From Robertmurraya sp. (GTDB lineage: Bacteria > Bacillota > Bacilli > Bacillales > Cytobacillaceae), in NCBI GenBank assembly GCA_025451895.1, contig JANWJP010000091.1, positions 1,898 to 65,897 on the forward strand: a stretch of DNA of 64,000 bases, given 5' to 3'. Both the position numbers and the translations under genes were made by a program. Shown in pieces: positions 42,905-52,491 of the stretch. The notes below the pieces were generated by a model. It was not told where the DNA came from. It ran no database searches and saw only the letters and a list, made by a program, of their open reading frames with translations. How positions within the stretch are numbered: position 1 is the first letter of the stretch; every line of letters begins with the position of its first letter.

Positions 42905-44084
42905 AGATTTGAAAGGTAAACGCTCGGGTGCGATCACGGCGCCTTCCAAGAGGGAAGCCGTGCGAAGGCTCAGGGAACAGGGAATCAGGATATTGGAAAT
43001 TACCGAGGTTCCGGAAACGATTTTCTCGAAGGAAATTTCGTTGGGAAGTTCGGTGAAACTGCAGGATTTTGTTATTTATCTCAGACAATTTTCAACCTTA
43101 ATCAAGGCCGGCGTGACAGTTGCCGAGTCAACAAGGATTCTTGCTGCACAAACGGACAGTAAGCCGTTAAAAAGAGCTTTGACTGATGTAGAGCAACAAC
43201 TTCAGGAAGGGCTGTCTTTATCAGAGGCGGCAGCAAAGCACAAGAAAATATTTTCCCCCATGTTTATCAACATGATCAAGGCCGGAGAAGCAGGCGGGAA
43301 TTTGGATGAATCTCTTGAGCTTTTGGCTGATCATTTTGAAAAACAGCATAATGTCCGTGGAAAAGTTGTTTCTGCCCTTGCCTATCCGATTACCGTTCTT
43401 ATCATTGCTGTTGTTGTCGTGATTTTTCTGCTTGTTTCAATCGTTCCAACTTTTGTTTCGATGTTTGCCGACTTTGGCAGCGAGCTTCCGGGCATTACAA
43501 AAACTGTTTTGGCGGCAAGTGAATTTATGCAAAAGTCCTGGTGGGCCTTTTTGTTGCTCTTTGTGCTTCTTGTGGTTGGTATCGTGTTAATCAGAAGGGA
43601 TAAGAAAACAAAATATTATTTGGATTATTTCCTTTTAAAGCTTCCAGTGTTCGGAAAAATGATTCAAAAGGCCGCTCTTGCAAGAATGACGAGAACATTA
43701 AGTTCGCTCGTGGCCAATTCCGTGCCGATTTTGGAAGCAGTAAAGCTTGTCGTGGATGTGGTTGAAAACGAAGTATTGGCAAGAGTGCTGAAGGACTCTC
43801 ACGACTATTTGGAGCGGGGCCGCTCCATGACGGAACCGATGAAAAAGCATTGGGCATTTCCGCCCCTTATTACTCAAATGATTTCTATCGGTGAGCAAAC
43901 AGGCTCTCTTGATACAATGCTGTCCAAGGTGGCCGATTTTTATGAAGCAGAGGTGGAAAACAGCACGGAGCGGGTAAAATCTTTGCTCGAGCCTCTGATG
44001 ATTGTTGTTTTGGCGTCCTTGGTAGGTATTATTGTCCTGTCAATTGTAGTTCCAATGTTCGATCTATTTAATCAAGTCCGGTAG
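42879..44084 (+). CDS. pilC: Type IV pilus platform protein PilC (GspF family)
   Basis: Two GspF repeats with three TM segments. Start trimmed to ATG 42879, which overlaps the pilT end by 26 nt. Confidence 0.9.
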   Translation: MARFKYSGRDLKGKRSGAITAPSKREAVRRLREQGIRILEITEVPETIFSKEISLGSSVKLQDFVIYLRQFSTLIKAGVTVAESTRILAAQTDSKPLKRALTDVEQQLQEGLSLSEAAAKHKKIFSPMFINMIKAGEAGGNLDESLELLADHFEKQHNVRGKVVSALAYPITVLIIAVVVVIFLLVSIVPTFVSMFADFGSELPGITKTVLAASEFMQKSWWAFLLLFVLLVVGIVLIRRDKKTKYYLDYFLLKLPVFGKMIQKAALARMTRTLSSLVANSVPILEAVKLVVDVVENEVLARVLKDSHDYLERGRSMTEPMKKHWAFPPLITQMISIGEQTGSLDTMLSKVADFYEAEVENSTERVKSLLEPLMIVVLASLVGIIVLSIVVPMFDLFNQVR

Positions 44085-44197
44085 GAAAATAGTCCTCAAA
44101 TGTTAACAATTACCTTATTTGTGTGACTATTTTTTATATATAATAAAATTAAGCGAATTATAACACAGGTACAATTTACTATTAAGGAGAGATGAAA

Positions 44198-44626
44198 ATG
44201 AGAGAGTTGCTGAAAAAACGCATGAAGGAACAAAAGGGTTTTACGTTAATTGAGTTACTTGCAGTTATTGTTATTTTGGCGATTATTTTGGCGATTGCGA
44301 TTCCGGCTGTTTCAAAACTCATTGACAACTCCAGGATAGACGCGCATATTGCCAACGCACAGCAAATTGAGGGAGCAGCCAAGCTCTATTTTGCAGATAA
44401 TCCCAAAGATGCTGATAACAAAGTTACTTATAAAGAGTTGAAAGAAGCTCAATTATTGGATCCGATTGAAGATCCACATACTAAAGTCGAATATGACGGA
44501 GATGAAACTTTTGTTACAAAAGAAGAAAGTGGTTATAAGACACAACTGGCTTCTGATGATGAAGTATACTTTACTGGACATTCAGCTCAAAACTATACCC
44601 GTGATATGTTTAGACCAAATGAATAA
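44198..44626 (+). CDS. pilA: Type IV pilin (class III signal peptide)
   Basis: Prepilin motif KG|FTLIELLAVIVILAIILAIAIPA with Glu at +5. ATG 44198 has better SD spacing than ATG 44192. Confidence 0.9.
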   Translation: MRELLKKRMKEQKGFTLIELLAVIVILAIILAIAIPAVSKLIDNSRIDAHIANAQQIEGAAKLYFADNPKDADNKVTYKELKEAQLLDPIEDPHTKVEYDGDETFVTKEESGYKTQLASDDEVYFTGHSAQNYTRDMFRPNE

Positions 44627-44645
44627 TCGTGGGTAGTAAGCCTTT

Positions 44646-45407
44646 ATGGTATTGTTGTATGCTTTCTGTTTTATTCTCGGTCTGGTCCTTGGTTCCTTTT
44701 TTAACGTTGTTGGTCAACGTGTCCCGGCGAAGCAATCTATCATTACACCGCGGTCAGCATGCCCCCGTTGTCAGCACAAGCTGTCAGCGGGGGAGCTGAT
44801 CCCCCTTCTCTCTTACATAATACAAGGGGGAAAATGCCGGAACTGCAAGGCAAAGATTTCACCAATGTATCCGATTGTTGAATTGGTTACGGGACTCTTG
44901 TTTGCAACAGCCCCGCTCGCAACGGGATTTACTGGAGAACTGATCATAGCATTAACATTTATTTCTTTATTTATGATCATTTTTGTTTCTGACATTGCTT
45001 ATATGATTATTCCTGATAAAATTCTCCTGTTTTTTGCGGGAATCTTTTTATTAGAAAGAATCTTTATGCCTCTTTCACCATGGTGGGATTCTCTCCTTGG
45101 TGCTTTCATCGGGTTTACGGTTTTGTTCTTGATATCCGTTGTCAGTAAGGGGGGAATGGGGGGAGGCGACATCAAGCTTTTTGCCTTAATCGGTTTTGCC
45201 ACCGGAGTAAAAACATTTGTTGTTGCCTTTTTGTTGTCAGTATTTTTTGGAGCCGTATTCGGCGTAATCGGTCTCATATTTAAATTTGTCAGCAAAGGAA
45301 AACCGATTCCCTTTGGTCCTTTCATTGCAGCTGGAACATTAGCCGCCTTTTATTTTGGCGATTGGATAATCGGCAAATATATCACATTGTTTTCAGGCGG
45401 ATTTTAG
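44646..45407 (+). CDS. pilD: Prepilin peptidase (A24 family; comC/pilD equivalent)
   Basis: N-terminal CPRC..CRNC Zn motif. Polytopic, with the two catalytic Asp contexts (VSDIAYMIIPD and GGGDIKL). Confidence 0.9.
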   Translation: MVLLYAFCFILGLVLGSFFNVVGQRVPAKQSIITPRSACPRCQHKLSAGELIPLLSYIIQGGKCRNCKAKISPMYPIVELVTGLLFATAPLATGFTGELIIALTFISLFMIIFVSDIAYMIIPDKILLFFAGIFLLERIFMPLSPWWDSLLGAFIGFTVLFLISVVSKGGMGGGDIKLFALIGFATGVKTFVVAFLLSVFFGAVFGVIGLIFKFVSKGKPIPFGPFIAAGTLAAFYFGDWIIGKYITLFSGGF

Positions 45408-45422
45408 ATGAGGGGTTTGACT

Positions 45423-46418
45423 ATGAAGCGAAATCTATTTTCAAGTAAAAAGAAAGTAATAAATCTCATAATACAAGACCATTCTATTCGGTTTATGGAA
45501 TTGAATAACGGCAGTACGCCGGTTCCGTACCGCTGGGGGGAAAGATATTTGCCCCAGGGTCTGATAAATAACGGAACGATTCAAGATCGTGAAGCAGTCC
45601 GGACCATTTTGGAGGAATGCGTGGATGAATGGAAAATTCATAAACGGCAAGTGCGCTTTTTAGTGCCAGACTCATTCGTAATTATCCGCAAAATCTCGAT
45701 CCCTGCCGAAATTGAGGAGGATGAAATTCGCGGCTATTTATATTTGGAATTTGGTTCCAGCATTCACCTTCCTTTTAATGATCCGGTTTTTGACATTGTT
45801 CTTCTTGATCTAAAGGATAATATACGTGAGATACTCATTTTTGCGGCTGAAGAGGAGAAAGTGAAAGAGTATGCTGATTTACTCGAAAGCTGCAAGCTTG
45901 AGCCTGTTGCCGCAGAAATTTCAGCTCTGGCTTTGTATCGGCTTTATTACAACCTGGGCTATGCGGATAAAGAAGAGCATCTTTTGGTTGCTCAATTTGA
46001 TTTTGACAAAGTAAATATCAGCATTTTTTCAGGAACCCTGCCGCTTTTAATCCATCATATTCCCATTGATCTTCATGAAGAGCATTGGGATTTAAGAACG
46101 AATGAGGCGGGTGTCTATGAATGGAATTTTGTCGGTGATGCGGTGAAAGAAATAGATTTTCAATATCGGGAAACGTTTAAGGAAATCAGCAGATTGTCAG
46201 ATTTCTACCATTATACCATGACACAGGGGAAAAGCCGGGTTACTAAAATTTTGGTTCACGGAGATCATCCTCTTTTACCGTTTATCCTTGATGAGATTAA
46301 GGGCCGGTTTGATATTCCGGTTGTATCAATAAAAGAAAAAGACCTGACCGCCAAGTATAAAAACCCTCTCCCAAGAAATTACCATCTTGTGATGGGACTT
46401 GCATTAAAAGAGGTGTAG
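45423..46418 (+). CDS. pilM: Type IV pilus assembly protein PilM (actin-like ATPase fold)
   Basis: About 330 aa cytoplasmic protein immediately upstream of pilN/pilO. PilM-like N-terminus (INLIIQDHSIRFMEL). Confidence 0.75.
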   Translation: MKRNLFSSKKKVINLIIQDHSIRFMELNNGSTPVPYRWGERYLPQGLINNGTIQDREAVRTILEECVDEWKIHKRQVRFLVPDSFVIIRKISIPAEIEEDEIRGYLYLEFGSSIHLPFNDPVFDIVLLDLKDNIREILIFAAEEEKVKEYADLLESCKLEPVAAEISALALYRLYYNLGYADKEEHLLVAQFDFDKVNISIFSGTLPLLIHHIPIDLHEEHWDLRTNEAGVYEWNFVGDAVKEIDFQYRETFKEISRLSDFYHYTMTQGKSRVTKILVHGDHPLLPFILDEIKGRFDIPVVSIKEKDLTAKYKNPLPRNYHLVMGLALKEV

Positions 46419-46421
46419 AAA

Positions 46422-47024
46422 ATGTTAGTTGATATTAATCTTTTGCCGCAAAAAGAAGAAAAGAGCCGCTCTCTCTTAATGCTGTATATATTGATTGTTT
46501 TGGTGCTGGCAGCGGGGTTATTTTCTATCTTTTATTTTTCCAGTTTGACAGAAAAGAAAGTGAATACGGTTCAACAAGAAATTACAGCGACAAAGCAATT
46601 GTTGGAGCAAGCCAAAATGCAGCTGGCAGATTTGAGCCAATCTCCAGCGGTCAATCAGCTGGAAAATGCCGTTAAATGGGCGGAGCAGAACAGGGCAAAA
46701 ACAGTGCCTCTTTTACAACATCTTACAGCCCTTCTTCCGGACAGAGGCTATATTAAGAACTTCTCCTTTCAACTTCCGCAAACAGTAAAATTGACGGTTC
46801 AATTCGATACGAACCGTGAAGCAGCTTACTTTTTAAATAATTTGAATGAAGCGGAATGGATTACTGAAGCGAATTTAGAAAGTTTAAATATACAAAGACT
46901 TGAAGAAGACAATGCGGATTTACCGGAAAAATATGTGCCCCGGACTGTCGCGGTCTATGATATTAAAATCGGGGAAAAATTCGCCGAATTGTCCGCCGGC
47001 GATTCGGGAGGGGATGCCTCATGA
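46422..47024 (+). CDS. pilN: PilN-like bitopic pilus alignment protein
   Basis: Starts INLLPQKE (PilN signature), followed by a single TM helix and a coiled coil. Confidence 0.75.
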   Translation: MLVDINLLPQKEEKSRSLLMLYILIVLVLAAGLFSIFYFSSLTEKKVNTVQQEITATKQLLEQAKMQLADLSQSPAVNQLENAVKWAEQNRAKTVPLLQHLTALLPDRGYIKNFSFQLPQTVKLTVQFDTNREAAYFLNNLNEAEWITEANLESLNIQRLEEDNADLPEKYVPRTVAVYDIKIGEKFAELSAGDSGGDAS

Positions 47025-47755
47025 GCAGCCGTCTGTCTCAAAAACAAAAAGTCCTGGCAGCAGTCGCGATCATAGTGGCCATCTTCATTTTGGCAGGCTG
47101 CTATTTACTTGTTCTTCAGCCGAAACAAGCAGAACTTGAAAGAAAAGAAGCGGAATTGAAAACGGAAGAAGCTCTGCTGGCACAGGTTCAAAGCCAATTG
47201 CAGCAAAAAAGCACGAAGATGTATGAAAGTACGGTTGCACTGCAAAAACAAATTCCTGTTAAACCGCTTTTGGAAAGATTTGTCCTTGATATTGAGAAAG
47301 CTGAAGTATTATCTGGCAGTATAGTAGAAAGGATAAATATTGGCGGTTCCGATACGATTGAGGCTGAAAAAGGAGCATCAGAGGCGGATTCAGAACCGGT
47401 CACTGAGGAAGAAGAACAAGCAACGGCTGTTGAAAACATTTCTCTTCCCGACGGATTTCAAAAAGTATCTATTAATCTTCATGTTAAAGCACCAGGCTAT
47501 TATGAACTGGAAGAATTTATTAACATTCTTGAAAGAACCGATCGAATTATCACCGTGGAGTCTGTCAGTTTTCCGGGAAATAATGAGATCGTCTCTATCC
47601 ATCAGGCCGATGATGAAGAAGTACTTAATTTGCAGATGACTGTTTCGGCCTATTATATGCCGCAGTTGATTGAATTGATTAATCAACTGCCCCGTATCGA
47701 TGCGCCGGAGCCGGGCAATAAAACAAATCCGTTATTCACTTTCCCGGAAGATTAA
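47021..47755 (+). CDS. pilO: PilO-like bitopic pilus alignment protein
   Basis: ATGA-type overlap with pilN. N-terminal TM helix, coiled coil and a C-terminal alpha/beta domain. Confidence 0.65.
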   Translation: MSSRLSQKQKVLAAVAIIVAIFILAGCYLLVLQPKQAELERKEAELKTEEALLAQVQSQLQQKSTKMYESTVALQKQIPVKPLLERFVLDIEKAEVLSGSIVERINIGGSDTIEAEKGASEADSEPVTEEEEQATAVENISLPDGFQKVSINLHVKAPGYYELEEFINILERTDRIITVESVSFPGNNEIVSIHQADDEEVLNLQMTVSAYYMPQLIELINQLPRIDAPEPGNKTNPLFTFPED

Positions 47756-47867
47756 TCAGAAGTTATTGGAGTGTAACAACTGCTTAAATTACTTGTCGGT
47801 CATGTACTATCGGCTTATTGCGGGTTGTAAAATAGCAATTTGACAAAAATAAGTTTTTCATGATGTG

Positions 47868-47897
47868 CGGATCCTTTTCGGATCCGTTTTTTGTTTT
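47868..47897 (+). terminator. Intrinsic terminator ending the pil operon
   Basis: CGGATCC / GGATCCG 7-bp stem, loop TTTTC, then T6. Confidence 0.85.
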
Positions 47898-48061
47898 ATG
47901 CATGCTTATTATTTAGTTGTTTTTTCAAACAGCGATGAACAATAAGAAATTTGACGAAATCCTTCCCGTCTGAAACGACAAATCTCCTGTTCATTTTTTT
48001 AGGCAATATGGTAGGATAAACTGAAACTTCATGCTTTGTGAAGGGAGGCGGCGCTTTAAAA

Positions 48062-49147
48062 GTGGACAAGCAGCGAAACCGAACAATAGTAATTAAAATA
48101 AACGGAAAAGATCGTCCCCTGAAAAAACCGGTAAATCAGCCGGGACTGAAAACGGACGGAAAAAGACCGGAAAATCAGGCAAAACAAGAGCTTTCCCTGA
48201 AGAAAGAGAAAAAGGATGTGAAGATAGAGAAAGAAGCAGCGGATCAGGCGGCGGCAACCCGGGAGGAAGCGTTTGAATGGATTCTGCCGGAAAATCAAAG
48301 CTTCCAGACAATTTTTGCCGCAAGGAAAAAGAAAACACAGTCTAAAAAAAACATCAGAAAGACTGGAAAAGCGACAAAAACATCATTTAACAACAGCGCA
48401 CAAAACCGAAAGATGGTCATGTCAGTTCTGTTTATCACACTCTTTGCCATTTTGGTCGGGACGGGTTTTGGATTGATTATGCTGAATATGGTTAAATCGG
48501 ACCAGAAACCGGGGACAGAAACGGTTTCCTCTGAAAGTCCCGGATTTGCTGAAAACCCCGCCGGCAGCAGCCCGAAAAAGGCATTTTCAAAAACAGTTTA
48601 TGTCGTTCAGGGAGGAGTTTTTACGACAGAAACTGCTGCTGAAAACAGCCGGGCACCCGCAATGGAAAAAGGTTTACCCACAGCAACGATTGAAATGGAT
48701 AACAAATTTTTTTTATTCCTCGGTGTTGCCGACAGTCTGGATGAAGCCAAACTGTTCGGAGCGCGGCTTCAAGAGGAAGGAATTAATTTTTATGCCAAGG
48801 AGATGATTTTTCATTTCAGTGAAAATGCAGGTCTGTATCCTGAAGAAACAGCCTTTCTAAAGGAGGCATCATCTTTATTCGATACGCTTGCCGCAGCAAG
48901 CATCACCGGATTGCGTGAGGGTATCATCCCGGCTGAATCAAAGGGAAAACTTTCTTCTCAAATTAACAACTGGGAAAAGAGCAGTGAAAGCAACATTCAA
49001 AAAGCTGAGTTAAAAACAATCAAGAAAGAATTGGATGCTGCTGTAAAGAAAATTTCCTCCTATGAAAAAGAGGGAGGTGAGAAGCATCTCGCCGGTGTCC
49101 AGCAACACTTATTACATGTTCTTTCCTGTTTTCAACAATTATCATAG
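48062..49147 (+). CDS. spoIIB: SPOR-domain bitopic membrane protein (SpoIIB-like by synteny)
   Basis: Basic N-terminus and a single TM helix (MVMSVLFITLFAILVGTGFGLIML). SPOR-like domain (TVYVVQGGVFTTETAAEN...FFLFLGVADSLDEAKLFGARLQEEG). It sits upstream of maf-radC-mreB, as spoIIB does. Confidence 0.6.
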   Translation: MDKQRNRTIVIKINGKDRPLKKPVNQPGLKTDGKRPENQAKQELSLKKEKKDVKIEKEAADQAAATREEAFEWILPENQSFQTIFAARKKKTQSKKNIRKTGKATKTSFNNSAQNRKMVMSVLFITLFAILVGTGFGLIMLNMVKSDQKPGTETVSSESPGFAENPAGSSPKKAFSKTVYVVQGGVFTTETAAENSRAPAMEKGLPTATIEMDNKFFLFLGVADSLDEAKLFGARLQEEGINFYAKEMIFHFSENAGLYPEETAFLKEASSLFDTLAAASITGLREGIIPAESKGKLSSQINNWEKSSESNIQKAELKTIKKELDAAVKKISSYEKEGGEKHLAGVQQHLLHVLSCFQQLS

Positions 49148-49193
49148 CTTCAAAACAGAGGGATATTTTCCGGGAAATGAGAGAAAAATAGGA

Positions 49194-49222
49194 GAGCCTG
49201 GAAATAGACAGGCTCCCTTTTG
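49194..49222 (+). terminator. Terminator after the spoIIB-like gene
   Basis: GAGCCTG / CAGGCTC 7-bp stem, followed by CCTTTT. Confidence 0.55.
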
Positions 49223-49406
49223 ACCGGATGTTTGCAAGAACTATAGAAATGAGTTTAGGAAAATAGAAAACCGTACATTTTTCGGATAATCTTTTTGAAA
49301 AAGATCTCGAATATCCCGTATGTATTTGTTTCGAAAACGGTCGATATTTGGTACAATTTAGCTGTATCCCCTTTTTGATACATCTTGAAGTCAGGTGATT
49401 TTGTCT

Positions 49407-49976
49407 ATGGAAATGCTTATTTTAGCCTCATCATCCCCGAGAAGGAAGGAGCTTTTGGAAAATATTCGCCTTCAATTTGAGGTTCACAGCAGCGATGCTG
49501 ATGAACACTTCAACCCTGAATTGCCGCCAAATGAAATAGTGATGGAACTTGCCAAACGAAAGGCGGAAAATGTTGCCGGGAAATATCCGGGAAGTTATGT
49601 GGTTGGCTCAGATACAATTGTTGTTTTAGACGGACAGATTCTCGGCAAACCGGGGAAACCCGAGGAAGCAGCGGCAATGCTGAGGAAACTGTCAGGAAGA
49701 TCCCATTATGTTTATACAGGGGTCTCCATCTTCAGTCCAAAAACAAATGTAGAGTTTTTCGAAAAAACGGAGGTGGTTTTTTGGGAACTGACGGAAGAGG
49801 AAATCACAGCTTATGTAAAGAGCGGCGAACCTTTTGATAAAGCAGGAGCTTACGGCATTCAAGGCTTGGGCAGTTTATTAGTTAAGAAGATAAACGGCGA
49901 TTATTTTTCTGTCGTCGGCCTTCCTGTTTCAAGAACCGTTCGTGAACTTAAGAGGCTGGGATATCCTGTCCTTTAA
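49407..49976 (+). CDS. maf: Maf nucleoside-triphosphate pyrophosphatase / septum-formation protein
   Basis: LILASSSPRRKELL, GSDTIVVLDG, and DKAGAYGIQG motifs. Confidence 0.93.
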   Translation: MEMLILASSSPRRKELLENIRLQFEVHSSDADEHFNPELPPNEIVMELAKRKAENVAGKYPGSYVVGSDTIVVLDGQILGKPGKPEEAAAMLRKLSGRSHYVYTGVSIFSPKTNVEFFEKTEVVFWELTEEEITAYVKSGEPFDKAGAYGIQGLGSLLVKKINGDYFSVVGLPVSRTVRELKRLGYPVL

Positions 49977-50023
49977 TCAGGATTCCGGGCGGTTTCCGCC
50001 GCCTGTATACGGGAGGTATAAGA

Positions 50024-50569
50024 TTGAGAGAAAATTTAATGATTAAAGATTTTCCCGAGGACGAACGGCCCCGGGAAAGATTTATCCGCAATGGTCCTGA
50101 AAGCCTGTCAAATCATGAATTAATCGCTATTTTGCTTCGGACGGGAACAAAGGATGAATCAGTTCTGCAGCTTGCCAACCGATTGCTGACATCCTTCGAG
50201 GGTTTAAGAATGCTGAAGGATGCCACATTGGATGAAATCACCGCCATAAAAGGAATTGGCCGGGCAAAAGCCATTCAAATTCTGGCTGCAATAGAAATCG
50301 GCAGAAGAATTGCAAACCTCAACTATCATGACCGCTATGTAATCCGCTCTCCCGAAGACGGAGCCAATTATGTTATGAATGACATGAGATTCCTCACACA
50401 AGAGCACTTCGTTTGTCTTTACCTCAATACCAAAAATCAAGTTCTCCATAAAAAAACTGTTTTTATCGGAAGCTTAAATGCAAGCATCGTGCATCCGCGC
50501 GAGGTCTTTAAAGAAGCTTTGAAACGTTCTGCAGCCGCAGTCATCTGCCTTCATAATCACCCGTCAGGC
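50024..50569 (+). CDS. radC: radC exon 1 (RadC/JAB-domain protein, residues 1-182)
   Basis: DERPRERF, HhH region (LDEITAIKGIGRAKAI), then ...VICLHNHPSG ending exactly at 50569. The next nucleotides are GTGCG. Read-through adds only VRLQGVSFQRFS*. Confidence 0.9.
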
Positions 50570-52491
50570 GTGCGCCTGCAAGGTGTATCATTTCAGCGAT
50601 TTTCTTAAAATCTGGAATTCCTTACAATATTCCATGGTCAGCATCTTACCTCCGGGGGGAAACCTGCGGGAGGGAACATAGCATGATGTGAAAAGGGGAA
50701 AAGACGACTGAGCTATCCGGTCGAATCAGTTCTTCAGACCAAGTGATGTATGGTAAAAGCTGGATTGCCTGAATCCCAGACGATTGAGCGCCGGGTGCGC
50801 CGTTGCCTAAGATAGCTGACAGGCAATGTGGACAAAATGGAAGATGCTTCGCCTGAGCGTCTTTTCGAACAGTCTTCGAGTCCATAGTAAGGTTTGTCCA
50901 TCAAGCCTCCGTCCGGAGGAAACCGTCGAAAAGGATACCTAACCATCACGCATCTGAAATGATGACATAATGCAGGGATTACCTGTGTGCCAATGCTGTA
51001 TAGAAACGAGCGTATGGCATATGGTAACGGAGTCTCCGTAGTACCCGACGTTTGCCCGTAACAGGTTTAGCATGGGGAAGGGAGGCAGGCTGACATTTTG
51101 AAGGTAATAAGGAGTCATGAATATGGCTAAGGATCCATTCAAGCAGCTTAACATTATTAAAAAAGTTTCACAAAATGGTAAACCCGTTGTTGATTGTTTT
51201 CGTCTATTATATAAACATGAACTTTGGCTCAAAGCTTATCTTCAATTGCGGCCGCAAGAAAAATGCCGCAAGACGTTGAATGCCAATTATTTGAAGGAAA
51301 TTGAGCCATTGATCGAGAATTTAAAAAATGGTACCTTTCGCAGCAGTTTTTTCAATGATTTGCCCGGGAATAAAGCGGGAAAAGAGCCGCCTTTTCATGA
51401 CCTGCTTCTCCTTGAAACTATGAAATATATTCTTCAATCTGTGTATGGGGCGCAACGGCTTTTCCCCACCGGAAAATTTCGGGAGACGACCGCTTCCCGC
51501 GAGGCGCTTAAAATGATAAAGAAATGCTTTTATTCCTTTACCTGGTGTATAAAGGGAGAGATATTTGCTGACACTTTAAACATTCATGTTTTGCGCACAG
51601 TTTTAGCCGGGAAAATTAATGATAAGCGGTTTCTTTATCTTCTCCAAAAGGTGCTTGCCTCAAAAATTCTTGAATATAAGCAGGCAGAGTCTTTTCGCCT
51701 GTTAATGGAACATATTTATTTACTGGAAATTGATCAGTTTGTAAAAGCATACCGTGAAAGCAAATTTCCCCGAAAGAGAGGGGAAGGGGAACGGACTGTG
51801 CAAATGCAATATGTCCGTTTCGGCCGCGAGTTTGCAGTAGGGCTGTCATGTACAAAAAAACAAGCGTTCATTATGCAAAAGGAGCTGGAAGCTTTTTTGA
51901 AGGACCGGCTTCAAATTGACAGTGATAAAGAAAGCCGGATCTTTTTATCCCACTTGAGTAAGACCATCCCCTTTCTTGGCTATAAATTTTGCAAAGTGAA
52001 GAAAATGCAAAAGAAATGCATTCAGGGAGAGGGGAAGTTTTCCAAGCCGGTAAATGCAGATGACAGGGCAAGAATGTATAAGATCGTTTTGCTTATCCCG
52101 AAGCGGAAAATGAGAGAATTTGCCCGAAAACATGGGTATGGCAGGCTTGAAAACGGCGCAACACTGCACCGGAAAAAGTTGCTCCATAAATCAGAACAGG
52201 AGATAGCGGAGATTTATCATGCCGAACTGAAGAGGTTTGCGCAGTATTACAGTTTGGCGGCTAATTTTCATCATATGGACAAGCTTATTTATTTAGCCCG
52301 GGGAAGTTTTCTTAAAACCATTGCTGCAAAAAGGAAGAGTACTGTTGCAAAAACAGCCAAAAGGCTGAAAAAGCAAAAACAGGAGATTGTCAGCCGGCGA
52401 GCCGTATACTTTGAAAGAAGTACGTACGGTTCTGAGGGAGGGGAGGAAACCTGCTGTATTATCAGGCAAGGCGCCTTGTCCCCCACCCTAC
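50570..52491 (+). mobile_element. Group II intron (1,922 nt) inside radC
   Basis: 5' GTGCG. EBS2 CGGGTG (50792-97) and EBS1 GCCTGA (50851-56, in a 9-nt hairpin loop) complement exon-1 CACCCG|TCAGGC. 11-nt receptor TATGG (50749)/CCTAAG (50806). Domain V at 52399-52432. Unpaired A at 52485. 3' end CTAC. The exons join in frame. Confidence 0.92.

Noticed and set aside
50646-51232. Three minus-strand ORFs (50646-50885, 50734-50949, 50939-51232) between the radC fragments.
   Set aside because: They overlap intron domains I-III, where the + strand carries the EBS1/EBS2 and tetraloop-receptor motifs. They have no RBS and are best explained as chance ORFs in structured RNA-coding DNA.
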